Notes under the pieces: generated by a model
Told to the model about the DNA's origin: nothing
Database searches by the model: none
What the model saw: only the letters and a program-made list of their open reading frames with translations
Program-made: the position numbers and the translations under genes
Part shown: in pieces, positions 40,328 to 49,910 of the stretch
How positions within the stretch are numbered: position 1 is the stretch's first letter
Layout of the letters: every line of letters begins with the position of its first letter
DNA from: Patescibacteria group bacterium
Lineage (GTDB): Bacteria; Patescibacteriota; Patescibacteriia; UBA1558; UBA10009
DNA: 64,000 bases
Direction of reading: 5' to 3'
NCBI GenBank assembly: GCA_041662565.1
Contig: JBAZSE010000004.1
Coordinates: forward strand, 7,398-71,397

Positions 40328-41641
40328 ATGAGCAATAAAAAAGGCCTGGCTTTATGGAATAAGGCCAAAAAAATTATTCCCGGCGGCTCCCAGCTGTTAT
40401 CCAAAAGATCGGAAATGTTTTTACCCAACCAATGGCCGGCTTATTATCATAAAGCCAAAGGCGTTGATGTTTGGGATTTGGATAACAATAAATATTTTGA
40501 TACTTACGGCAGTGTTGGCGCCAGTATTTTGGGTTATGCCGATAAAGACGTAAACAATGCCGTTATTACAGCCATTAAAAACGGCTCCAATACCACGCTT
40601 AATTGCCCGGAAGAAGTGGAATTAGCTGAATTACTTTGTAAATTGCACCCTTGGGCTAAAATGGTGCGGTACGCCCGCACAGGCGGCGAAGCCATGGCTG
40701 TTGCCATTAGAATCGCCCGAGCCAAAAGCGGTAGGGATAAAGTGGCATTTTGCGGTTATCATGGCTGGCAGGATTGGTATTTGGCCGCAAATTTAGCTAA
40801 TGACAAAAACCTGGACGGGCATTTGTTAAAAGGACTGGAACCCAAAGGTTTGCCCAGATCCTTAAAAGGTAGCGCTATCCCCTTTCACTATAATCAAATC
40901 AAGGAATTGGAAGCCATTGTTAAAAAACATAAAGACATCGGCGCGATTGTTATGGAACCGCTAAGAAACGATCAACCAACAGCTAATTTTTTGCAAAAAG
41001 TTAGAGCCATTGCCAATAAAATAAACGCAGTTTTGGTTTTTGACGAAATTACCATTGGCTGGCGTTTAAATTTAGGTGGAGCGCATTTAAAATACAAAGT
41101 TAATCCTGATATAGCGGTTTTTGCCAAATGCATCAGCAACGGCTTTCCCATGGCCGCTATTATCGGCACCAGCTCGGTTATGGAAGCCGCGCAAACTTCT
41201 TTTATCAGCAGTTCTTATTGGTCCGAAAGAATCGGGCCGGTAGCGGCACTGGCCACGATTAAAAAAATGAAAAAATCCCGGGTTCAAGCGCACTTAAACG
41301 ATATTGGCCTAAAACTGATGACAGGTTTAAAAAAGGCCGCCCTTGATAATAAAATCAAATTAAAAATTTCCGGCGTGCCTGCCTTGGTTCATTTGGATTT
41401 TGATTACGGCGCCGAAAGTTTAGCCATTAGAACCTTATTTACCCAAGAGATGTTAAAAAGAAAAATCCTGGCCTCGGGCGGTATTTATGTTACCTATAGT
41501 TTTACAGCTAAACATGTTAAAATATACCTTAAAGCAATAAACGAAGTTTTTGCCTTTTTAAACAAAGCGATTGCGGAAAACAAAGTAAAAAAATCATTAA
41601 ACGGACCCATTGCTCATCAGGGCTTCCAAAGATTGATTTAA
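40328..41641 (+). CDS. Class III PLP aminotransferase (glutamate-1-semialdehyde aminomutase-like)
   Basis: 437 aa with a GSA-AT-like fold signature (GYHGWQDWY, VFDEITIGWR). Confidence 0.7.
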   Translation: MSNKKGLALWNKAKKIIPGGSQLLSKRSEMFLPNQWPAYYHKAKGVDVWDLDNNKYFDTYGSVGASILGYADKDVNNAVITAIKNGSNTTLNCPEEVELAELLCKLHPWAKMVRYARTGGEAMAVAIRIARAKSGRDKVAFCGYHGWQDWYLAANLANDKNLDGHLLKGLEPKGLPRSLKGSAIPFHYNQIKELEAIVKKHKDIGAIVMEPLRNDQPTANFLQKVRAIANKINAVLVFDEITIGWRLNLGGAHLKYKVNPDIAVFAKCISNGFPMAAIIGTSSVMEAAQTSFISSSYWSERIGPVAALATIKKMKKSRVQAHLNDIGLKLMTGLKKAALDNKIKLKISGVPALVHLDFDYGAESLAIRTLFTQEMLKRKILASGGIYVTYSFTAKHVKIYLKAINEVFAFLNKAIAENKVKKSLNGPIAHQGFQRLI

Positions 41642-41644
41642 TTT

Positions 41645-42901
41645 ATGATGAATCTATTAAAAAAAATCTGGCATTTGCCCAGGCATATTGTTTCCGATGG
41701 CTATGACGAGGCCTTGCGTGAAATTAACAAAATTATTCCTTTAAAAATACATTCCGTGGCCAGCGGAACAAAATGTTGGACCTGGATCGTGCCTAAAAAA
41801 TGGTCTATTAAGGAAGGCTACATTAAAAATTTAAAGGGACAAAAAATTGTGGATTTTTCCGATCATCCTTTAAGAGTCCACTCTTACTCCTTACCTATTG
41901 ATAAAACGGTTTCCAAAAAAGAATTGCTTAATCATATCTGGACAAATCCAAAAAGACCTAACGCCATTCCTTTCCAATTCAAATACTACGAGCAGGATTG
42001 GGGTTTTTGCTTGGAACACAATCGCCTTAAAAAATTAACCGATGATCAGTACAAAGTTAAAATTGATTCAAAATTGGAAAACAGCTTTTTAAAAATCGGC
42101 GAACACATCATTAAGGGCGAAGTTGAAGAAACAGTGGTAATTTTGGCCCATCTTTGCCATCCTGGCATGGCCAATGATGACGCAGCCGGCGTAGCGGTTT
42201 TAGTGGATTTGGCTAAAGAACTTAACAAAACCAAAAATCACTACACCTACAAATTTATTTTAATGCCCGAAACTATTGGTTCAATTGCCTGGTTATCGCA
42301 AAATGAAAATTTGATCCCCAAAATGCGTTATGGAATTTTTTTGGAGATGCTGGGAGGTAAAAACACTTTGGCTTTGCAATACAGCCGCCAAGGGAACACC
42401 CAATTGGATAAAATTGCCAAACAAATTTTTCAGGAAAGCCGCAAAAAATACCGAGAAGGCGCTTTTTCGGAAATCGTGGTTAATGATGAAATGGTTTTTA
42501 ACGGACCGGGCGTTAATGTGCCAACAATTTCCATTAGTCGTTATCCATATCCCGAATACCATACCAGCGACGATACCATTAAAATCATTACGGATAAGCA
42601 ACTAACTGAAGCCAAAAATATTGTTCTTAAAATAATCAATAGATTGGATCAAAATTATTGGCCCAAAAGAACTTTTAAAGGCCCTGTCTTTTTATCCGGT
42701 TACGGCCTTTGGGTGGATTGGAAAACAAATTTTCAGCTTAATAAAAATTTGGAGCAACTACTTTTGAATTTGGAAGGAAACCAAAGCATTGTAGAAATTG
42801 CGCAAAAATTGGGCATGAGTTTTAATGAAACCCATGATTATATAAATAAATTTGCCGATAAAAAATTAATCATTAAACAATATCTAGATGAGCATAATTA
42901 A
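41645..42901 (+). CDS. Aminopeptidase-like (M28/DUF4910-type) protein with a C-terminal winged-helix-like segment
   Basis: HLCHPGMANDDAAGVAVLVDLA resembles M28 metal-binding region; C-terminus QSIVEIAQKLGMSFNETHDYINKF. Confidence 0.4.
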   Translation: MMNLLKKIWHLPRHIVSDGYDEALREINKIIPLKIHSVASGTKCWTWIVPKKWSIKEGYIKNLKGQKIVDFSDHPLRVHSYSLPIDKTVSKKELLNHIWTNPKRPNAIPFQFKYYEQDWGFCLEHNRLKKLTDDQYKVKIDSKLENSFLKIGEHIIKGEVEETVVILAHLCHPGMANDDAAGVAVLVDLAKELNKTKNHYTYKFILMPETIGSIAWLSQNENLIPKMRYGIFLEMLGGKNTLALQYSRQGNTQLDKIAKQIFQESRKKYREGAFSEIVVNDEMVFNGPGVNVPTISISRYPYPEYHTSDDTIKIITDKQLTEAKNIVLKIINRLDQNYWPKRTFKGPVFLSGYGLWVDWKTNFQLNKNLEQLLLNLEGNQSIVEIAQKLGMSFNETHDYINKFADKKLIIKQYLDEHN

Positions 42902-43775
42902 CCAATACTCTTCCGACAAGGAAAGAGTCAGACAGTATTATAATCAGGAATCATCCGTTTACATGGATTTTTACAAAAAAACCTGGGACGAATATCCCGA
43001 GCAAGCCATTCGCTTGAATTTTATCGTTAAAATCCTAAAACAGAAAAAAATAAATAATATTTTTGATGTTGGCTGTGGCACCGGCGGACCAATGATTAAA
43101 ATGCTGAATAATAAAATTAAAGCCGAAGGCGGAGATTTTGCGGAAAAAATGGTTAGTGAAGGCAAAAAAGAATTGCTTAAGGCCGGTTATAATCCCAAAC
43201 TTATTTCGCCAATCGATCTGGAAGATAAAAAAACTTTGCCCAAGAAAAAATACAACTCCGTTTTGGCTTTGGGCGTTTTTCCCCATATACTTAATCAAAA
43301 AACGGGTTTAAAAAATATCAATTTTTTGCTCAAAAAAAACGGTTCGGCTTTTATTTCTTTTCGCAATGATTTATTCGCCCTTTCTACCTTAAACGAATAC
43401 TCATTGGATCTGTTTTTAAATCGCATGTTTAACATTAAGGTTTTTCCTAAAAAAATCCAACAAGAAGTATTAAAATTCTATGCTGATCGCTTAAAAACCA
43501 CAGTATCCATTAAAAAAGAAAACGGTGCAGTTAAATATACCAGTATCATGGCCAGGTTCCATAATCCCCTAACTTTGGAAGAAGAACTGTTTAAACCCTG
43601 CGGTTTTGCCATTACCAAGATCCATTTTTACCATTACCACGCTTTACCCACATTTTTCCAAAAAAAATACAAAAAAATCTACGATAGAGAGAGCTTAAAA
43701 TTGGAAAAAACCAATGACTGGAAAGGTAATTTTTTGGCCTCGGCATTTGTGGTTGAAGCCAAAAAAATCAAATAA
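42888..43775 (+). CDS. Class I SAM-dependent methyltransferase
   Basis: Motif I IFDVGCGTGGP. Confidence 0.55.
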   Translation: MSIINQYSSDKERVRQYYNQESSVYMDFYKKTWDEYPEQAIRLNFIVKILKQKKINNIFDVGCGTGGPMIKMLNNKIKAEGGDFAEKMVSEGKKELLKAGYNPKLISPIDLEDKKTLPKKKYNSVLALGVFPHILNQKTGLKNINFLLKKNGSAFISFRNDLFALSTLNEYSLDLFLNRMFNIKVFPKKIQQEVLKFYADRLKTTVSIKKENGAVKYTSIMARFHNPLTLEEELFKPCGFAITKIHFYHYHALPTFFQKKYKKIYDRESLKLEKTNDWKGNFLASAFVVEAKKIK

Positions 43776-43778
43776 ATT

Positions 43779-44396
43779 ATGAACAAAACCGATAAAATTA
43801 TCGATATTTTAGGCGGAAGTTTGATACAGGATAATAATGGCCGCTGGCGCACCACTAATTTTAACGAGGGTGATAATTTTGGTGCTTTAGGCGATCGTTT
43901 AAGGGTACTGGCAGCCAGCTATCTTTATCAACACAACTCTAAATCATATTTTTTAGCTTCCGGCGGTAAAGGACAGCTTAAAGCCATTAAAAGCGCACCT
44001 TTTATTTCTACAGTGGTTAAAAAAGAACTAGTGGCGTTGGGCGTGCCAACAAGCCACATTGCCACGGAAAATAATTCCAATACCACCTATGAACAGCTTT
44101 TGGAGTTGGATAAATACGTTAAAAACCATAAAATCCGAGAGGTGGAAATTATTTCCAATGAGCATCATTTGCCCCGCATCAAATACATGATCAAAACAAG
44201 TCCAAAACTTTTGGATTTAAGAAAACTTAAATTACTCAAACTGCTTTCTGCCGAAAAAATCTGTTTACAAAACGAACCCCGCAAGTGGCGTTCGGAAATT
44301 ACCAAAGCTTACAAAAGCGAAGCTATGAAAATCAGAATCAAGGTTGAACAGCAAGGCATAAACGATTTAAAAAACGGAAAATATAAATTTTCATAA
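43779..44396 (+). CDS. DUF218 (YdcF/SanA-like) protein
   Basis: YFLASGGKGQ...GVP...TENNSNTTYEQ pattern. Confidence 0.35.
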   Translation: MNKTDKIIDILGGSLIQDNNGRWRTTNFNEGDNFGALGDRLRVLAASYLYQHNSKSYFLASGGKGQLKAIKSAPFISTVVKKELVALGVPTSHIATENNSNTTYEQLLELDKYVKNHKIREVEIISNEHHLPRIKYMIKTSPKLLDLRKLKLLKLLSAEKICLQNEPRKWRSEITKAYKSEAMKIRIKVEQQGINDLKNGKYKFS

Positions 44397-44401
44397 AATT
44401 T

Positions 44402-45466
44402 ATGGATAAAATCAAAATTAAAACACCTCAAGGAATCAGATTGATCGGTCCAGGCGAATCGGCTTTTATTATCGCCGAAATGTCAGGCAATCATAATCAA
44501 TCATACCAAAACTGCCTTAAAATAATCGATGCCGCATTATCAGCCGGAGCCGATGCCATTAAATTACAAACTTACACCGCCGACACCTTAACTATCAACT
44601 GCGTTAACCGTTACTTTCAAATTACCAAACAAAAAAATTGGTCCGGCCAAACTTTATATGATTTATACAAAAAGGCCTATACTCCCTGGGATTGGCAGGC
44701 AAAATTAAAAAACTACGCCGAAAAAAAAGGCCTATTTTTCTTTTCTACGCCTTTTGACAAAACCGCGGTAGATTTTTTAGAAAAAATGAAAGTCCAAATT
44801 TATAAAATTGCCTCTTTTGAAATTGGCGATTTTCCTCTTTTAAAAAGAGTCGGCCAAACTAAAAAACCAGTAATTATTTCACGAGGCATGGCTACAGCCA
44901 AAGAAGTTGACTACGCCTTAAAAACTTTAAAAAAATATGGTTGCCCTCAGGTGGCGATTTTGCATTGCGTAAGTGCTTATCCCGCTCGTTCTGAAGAGAT
45001 GAATTTATTAACTATTCCCGATCTGACAAAAAAATTTAAAGTAATAACCGGTTTATCCGACCATAGCTTAGGCATTACCGCGGCTATTACCAGTATTGCC
45101 CTGGGAGCTAAAATCATTGAAAAACATTTAACTTTAAAACATTCAGACGGCGGTCCAGATGCGGCTTTTTCTTTGGAACCTCAAGAATTCAAAGATATGG
45201 TAGAGGGAGTCAGATTGGCCGAAAAATCCTTAGGACAACCATTTTACAACAAAACTGCCGGCGAAAAAAATAGCATAATCTTTAAAAAATCCCTTTTTAT
45301 CGTTAAAGATATTAAAAAAGGTGAAAAAATTACGGAAAAAAATATGCGTTCAATTAGGCCCGGCTATGGTTTGCCGCCAAAAAATTACGAACTAGTCCTG
45401 GGTAAAAAAATAAAAAATCATTACCCGGCTGGCACACCTCTTTCTTGGTCTAAACTAAATAAATAA
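44402..45466 (+). CDS. Second nonulosonic acid synthase paralogue (NeuB/PseI family) with SAF domain
   Basis: GESAFIIAEMSGNHNQSYQNCLKIIDAALSAGADAIKLQTY; C-terminal SAF domain. Clearly paralogous to 37766-38839. Confidence 0.75.
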   Translation: MDKIKIKTPQGIRLIGPGESAFIIAEMSGNHNQSYQNCLKIIDAALSAGADAIKLQTYTADTLTINCVNRYFQITKQKNWSGQTLYDLYKKAYTPWDWQAKLKNYAEKKGLFFFSTPFDKTAVDFLEKMKVQIYKIASFEIGDFPLLKRVGQTKKPVIISRGMATAKEVDYALKTLKKYGCPQVAILHCVSAYPARSEEMNLLTIPDLTKKFKVITGLSDHSLGITAAITSIALGAKIIEKHLTLKHSDGGPDAAFSLEPQEFKDMVEGVRLAEKSLGQPFYNKTAGEKNSIIFKKSLFIVKDIKKGEKITEKNMRSIRPGYGLPPKNYELVLGKKIKNHYPAGTPLSWSKLNK

Positions 45467-45472
45467 CTCATT

Positions 45473-46132
45473 ATGAAAATAAATCTTGTTATTGATAACC
45501 CCAACAGTTGGTTTAATGCACCGGCCGTGAAATTAAAAAAAAGTCTTACCAGCATGGGTAATATTTGTCTGATTGTGAATGATCCGCGAAAAATCAAACC
45601 TAAGAGCGATATTACTTTTTTCTTGAGCTGTGAACAATACATTACCCCAAAAACAAGAAATAAAAGCCTTCACAATATTGTAGTTCATGCCAGCAATCTG
45701 CCTAAAGGCAAAGGTATGTCGCCTACGACCTGGCAAATTTTAGAAGGGGAAAATACCATCCCCCTGACCTTATTTGAAGTAGCGGATAAAATTGATGCAG
45801 GTGATTATTATCTTAAAGCCAGTTTTAGGCTTAATGGAAGCGAATTAATCGCCGAATGGCAAGAAAAACTGGCTCAGAATATTTTTCAATTGATTTTTAA
45901 ATTTGTTAAAAATTTTAAAAAACTGCCAGCGAAAAAACAAACAGAAAAAACAACTTATTATCCTCGCCGCACCATTTCGGATAGCGCCTTGGATCCACAT
46001 AAAACAATTGCTGAACAATTTAATCTGTTAAGAGTAGTAGATAATGAAAAATATCCGGCTTATTTTATTTTCAAAAAAAATAAGTACATTATTAAAATCT
46101 ATAAGGATCAAAAAAAATGGATGAATTCTTAA
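45473..46132 (+). CDS. Formyltransferase-family protein (Fmt N-terminal-domain-like)
   Basis: NIVVHASNLPKGKGMSPTTWQILEGENTIPLTLFEVADKIDAGDYY resembles the folate-dependent formyltransferase core (HxSLLPxxRG-like). Confidence 0.5.
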   Translation: MKINLVIDNPNSWFNAPAVKLKKSLTSMGNICLIVNDPRKIKPKSDITFFLSCEQYITPKTRNKSLHNIVVHASNLPKGKGMSPTTWQILEGENTIPLTLFEVADKIDAGDYYLKASFRLNGSELIAEWQEKLAQNIFQLIFKFVKNFKKLPAKKQTEKTTYYPRRTISDSALDPHKTIAEQFNLLRVVDNEKYPAYFIFKKNKYIIKIYKDQKKWMNS

Positions 46133-47661
46133 AAAACAATCGCGAATTTTTGGCCAAATATCCCCTTTTAACCGGAGGGAAAAAACTTTTGGTTGAAGAA
46201 ATGAATCTGCCGATGATTGTTCATATGAATGCCTTATTTGCTTTGATTTTAAACCAAGCCAAAGGGTTTTATCCAATTTGGCTTAATAACCAAAAATACG
46301 ATGACGCCTTGATCAAATCGTATTTTCCGGATAGCGAACCTTTAAAAAAATCCACTTTTTCTTTTTTATTAAAGATATACGCCTCACTGATAGCTCTGGC
46401 AAAATTTCCCCAAATACTGGTAACAGGCAATATTGTAAATTTTTATTTTGATAAAATCAAATACGGAGATATTGTTTACGATAACTACCTTTATACCTAT
46501 CACGTTTCCACCATCAAAAAAATCAATTGGCGGATTATTAAAGTGATGGCTATTTGTATTTTTAGGCATTTAAGGATAAAAACTGTGTTAAAATCGGGTA
46601 ACTTTGCCGGCGTGCTGGTTTCGCACCAGGTAGGCATCCGTAGCGGCGTTTTACTTCGAGTGGCCTTAAGATACGGCTATCACGGGTATTTCCGTTTTGG
46701 CACTGTTTTATGCGACTATAAAAAATTGGCAGAAATCTACGATTACCCCTTAAAACCTACTTCCGACGAAATTGATCAGATTATTGAAAAGCTGGGATCA
46801 GCTAAGCTGGAAACGGTTTTTCAGGAAGTACTTGCTAAACATATTTCGGGACTTAGCACCAAAGACGGTTTGCACGCTTTTGCTCCAAGCAGCAAGCTTT
46901 ACAGCGAAAAACAAAAATTCAACGCCGATTTCGGCTTGCCTAAAGAGCAAAAAAATATTTTTATCATGCTCCACGCTTTTATTGATAGCCCTCATTCGCA
47001 TTTTAAATGGATGATCTTCAAGGATTATTACGATTGGTTTTATCAAACCTTGCAATTTGCCAAAAAACATCCGCAAATGAACTGGATTTTTAAACAGCAT
47101 CCTTCGGCCAAATATTACCAAACCAACGACGTGGATTTTAATCTTCTTTTCTCCAATGCGCCCAAAAATATCGTTTACCTAGCCGACGACAATCAGCTGG
47201 ACACCCGCAGTTTGATTGCTTGCGCCGATTTGGTGGTAACCTGCTTGGGTTCGGCGGGTTTTGAAATACCGGCCATGGGCGGCGTACCTTCAATTACCGC
47301 GGCCGATAATTTTTACACCGGCCTAGGTTTTGCTCTGGAACCCACCAATCAAACGGAATACTTTAATATTTTAAGCCGAGCTGATAAAATAAAACCGCTC
47401 TCGGAAACAGCGCGAAATCGAGCCAAAGCGACTTTTATTTATATCCGGGAATACGCTATGTACGACATTTCCGCTTATCCCAAGCTGACTTTTGCCGAAG
47501 AAAAGGATAAAAACATAAATAATTGGTACTGGTCAAGAATCAGCCAAGCTTATTTGTCTAAAAAAGATTCAATTTATAAGGAAATCGATCATTGCATTAA
47601 TGAAGTTAAAAAACCGAATTTTAAAAAGTTGACCAGCTTGGAAGAATTATTTAACAAATAA
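46117..47661 (+). CDS. Hypothetical; C-terminal half resembles Capsule_synth/TagF-like GT-B transferases (paralogous in architecture to 34220-35647)
   Basis: IFIMLHAFIDSPHSH...IFKQHPSAKYY...LGSAGFEIPAMGGVP. Confidence 0.3.
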   Translation: MDEFLKNNREFLAKYPLLTGGKKLLVEEMNLPMIVHMNALFALILNQAKGFYPIWLNNQKYDDALIKSYFPDSEPLKKSTFSFLLKIYASLIALAKFPQILVTGNIVNFYFDKIKYGDIVYDNYLYTYHVSTIKKINWRIIKVMAICIFRHLRIKTVLKSGNFAGVLVSHQVGIRSGVLLRVALRYGYHGYFRFGTVLCDYKKLAEIYDYPLKPTSDEIDQIIEKLGSAKLETVFQEVLAKHISGLSTKDGLHAFAPSSKLYSEKQKFNADFGLPKEQKNIFIMLHAFIDSPHSHFKWMIFKDYYDWFYQTLQFAKKHPQMNWIFKQHPSAKYYQTNDVDFNLLFSNAPKNIVYLADDNQLDTRSLIACADLVVTCLGSAGFEIPAMGGVPSITAADNFYTGLGFALEPTNQTEYFNILSRADKIKPLSETARNRAKATFIYIREYAMYDISAYPKLTFAEEKDKNINNWYWSRISQAYLSKKDSIYKEIDHCINEVKKPNFKKLTSLEELFNK

Positions 47662-47663
47662 AT

Positions 47664-48506
47664 ATGCTCAAACTTAAACAAATAATCAAAAAATTTATCC
47701 CGCCTATTATTACCGAATTTTACCACGTGCGTTGTAAAAAGTACGGTTTCTTTGGGAATTATCCAAATTGGCAATCGGCTTTGGCAGATTCCACAGGCTA
47801 TAATTTGCCTTTAATTTTAGAAAAGGTTAAGCAGGCTCGTTTAAAAGTGTTACGCGGTGAAGCGGTTTACGAACGCGACTCGGTTAACTTTGACAAAATA
47901 AAGCATTCCTGGCCGATGGTTGCCGCATTACTCTGGATTGCCGGTCAAAACAATAATCGCCTAAATGTTTTGGATTTTGGCGGCTCTTTGGGCACCTCCT
48001 ATTTTCAAAATTTGCCCTTTATCAAACATTTGCCAGAAATTAACTGGAACATAGTTGAACAGCAAAATTTTGTTAAAATCGGGAAAGAACTTTTTTCAAA
48101 AAACGAGTCGCTTAAATTTTATCCGACTATTGAAAGTTGTTTGTTTGAACAAAAGCCGATGGTGGTTATTTTATCAGGCGTATGGCAATATCTAGAAAAA
48201 CCCTACGATATGCTGGAAAAAATTATATCTCTAAAAATAGATTACTTGCTATTTGACCGGACCACTTTTATTGCTGCTGGAGCGGACCGTTTAACAATCC
48301 AAAAGGTGCCGCCGCGCATTTATGAGGCCAGCTACCCTGCTTGGTTTTTTAATTTGGAAAAATTTACCGATTTTTTTGCAGGCCGATACGAAATTATCGC
48401 CGATTTTGCCTCACTTAACAAATATTACCAACCCGGCGATTACCTTGATTTGGGCGACACAGTTGCCTGCGAAAAAGGTTTTCTTTTAAAAAAGCAGAGC
48501 TTATGA
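47664..48506 (+). CDS. Hypothetical protein, possibly a divergent methyltransferase
   Basis: LDFGGSLGTSY could be a degenerate motif I. Weak. Confidence 0.3.
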   Translation: MLKLKQIIKKFIPPIITEFYHVRCKKYGFFGNYPNWQSALADSTGYNLPLILEKVKQARLKVLRGEAVYERDSVNFDKIKHSWPMVAALLWIAGQNNNRLNVLDFGGSLGTSYFQNLPFIKHLPEINWNIVEQQNFVKIGKELFSKNESLKFYPTIESCLFEQKPMVVILSGVWQYLEKPYDMLEKIISLKIDYLLFDRTTFIAAGADRLTIQKVPPRIYEASYPAWFFNLEKFTDFFAGRYEIIADFASLNKYYQPGDYLDLGDTVACEKGFLLKKQSL

Positions 48507-49480
48507 AATACAATTTTTGCACTTTATTTAATTCCCATTACCTAATTAGGGGGTTAGCCATGTACCAATCGTTAAAAGAGCATTTGGATGATTTTTGCTT
48601 ATACGTCTTCCCTTTTGACGATGAATGTTTAAAGATCTTGAAAGAATTAAACTTGCCTAATATAGTAGTAGTTTCATTGCAAGAGTTTGAAGATGAAGAG
48701 CTGTTAAAAATTAAAAATACTCGTAGCCCCATGGAATATTGTTGGACCTGTTCTTCCAATAGCACCTGGTATACTTTAAAAAAATATAATTTGGAGAGCA
48801 TTACTTACATTGACGCTGATTTGTATTTTTACAGCTCCCCGGAGCCAATTTTTAACGAATTGGGAAATGATTCCATTTTAATCACCGAACACCGTTTTTC
48901 CCGCGATAAAGATAAGGCGGCTTTGGCCGGAAAATATTGTGTCCAATTTATGACTTTTAAAAACAATCCTGACGGCTGGCGTGCCTTGGACTGGTGGCGC
49001 ACTGCCTGTTTAAATTGGTGTTATGCCAAATATGAAGATAATAAATTTGGCGATCAAAAATATTTAGACGATTGGATGACGAGATTTTCAGGTGTTCATG
49101 AACTGCAACACTTGGGAGGTGGAGTGGCCATTTGGAACATTAACAATTATAATATTAGTATGGAATCCGGAAGTTTGCAGGTTATTGAAAAAAGTTCGGC
49201 AAAAAAATTTCCATTGATTTTTTATCATTTTCACAGCGTTAAATTGTTTCGCCTAGGTAACCGTATAATAGGAGAAAGCACCCAGCCGATTATTCACAAT
49301 GTCCAAAAATTAATTTACAATAGTTATACTAGGGGTTTAACTCAAGCATTTGACGTGGTTAAAACAGTGAGGCCTGATTTTTCTTTAGGCCTAAGCCCCA
49401 ACTTAATTTATTACAGAAAAAAACTTGGTAAATTTTTACCAACCAAAATAAAAAGTTTTTTTAAAAAAGTTATTACCTAA
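48503..49480 (+). CDS. Hypothetical protein with a DxD-like motif (possible GT-A-type transferase)
   Basis: YIDADLYF. Weak. Confidence 0.3.
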   Translation: MKYNFCTLFNSHYLIRGLAMYQSLKEHLDDFCLYVFPFDDECLKILKELNLPNIVVVSLQEFEDEELLKIKNTRSPMEYCWTCSSNSTWYTLKKYNLESITYIDADLYFYSSPEPIFNELGNDSILITEHRFSRDKDKAALAGKYCVQFMTFKNNPDGWRALDWWRTACLNWCYAKYEDNKFGDQKYLDDWMTRFSGVHELQHLGGGVAIWNINNYNISMESGSLQVIEKSSAKKFPLIFYHFHSVKLFRLGNRIIGESTQPIIHNVQKLIYNSYTRGLTQAFDVVKTVRPDFSLGLSPNLIYYRKKLGKFLPTKIKSFFKKVIT

Positions 49481-49484
49481 ATTT

Positions 49485-49910
49485 ATGATTAAAAAAACCA
49501 GAATTAAAAATACCAGCATTGCCAAGTTCCAATTTTTTAACGATTTTCCGGATGGCAATTTGGTTATTATTGAAGAAGGTAAAAACATCCCTTTTCCAAT
49601 TAAACGGGTTTATTTCATTAATAACCTATTTAATCCCAAGGCCTTGCGAGGCATGCATGCGCATAAAAAACTGGAACAGGTGTTGTTTTGCGTTAACGGC
49701 TCGTTTGTCTTAACTTTGGATGACGGCACCCACAGCCAAAAAATCACGGTCAATGATCCTTACTACGGGATTAAAATCGGGCCAAAGGTTTGGCGCGTGA
49801 TGAACAAGTTTTCCAAGGACTGTGTGATTTTGGTTTTAGCCAGCCAGCTTTTTAAAAAATCAGATTACATTAGAAATTACGAAGAATTCATCAAATATGT
49901 CAAAAAATAA
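49485..49910 (+). CDS. WxcM-like cupin: dTDP-4-keto-6-deoxyhexose 3,4-ketoisomerase (FdtA family)
   Basis: VYFINNLFNPKALRGMHAHKKLEQVLFCVNGSF is the FdtA/WxcM signature. Confidence 0.75.
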   Translation: MIKKTRIKNTSIAKFQFFNDFPDGNLVIIEEGKNIPFPIKRVYFINNLFNPKALRGMHAHKKLEQVLFCVNGSFVLTLDDGTHSQKITVNDPYYGIKIGPKVWRVMNKFSKDCVILVLASQLFKKSDYIRNYEEFIKYVKK

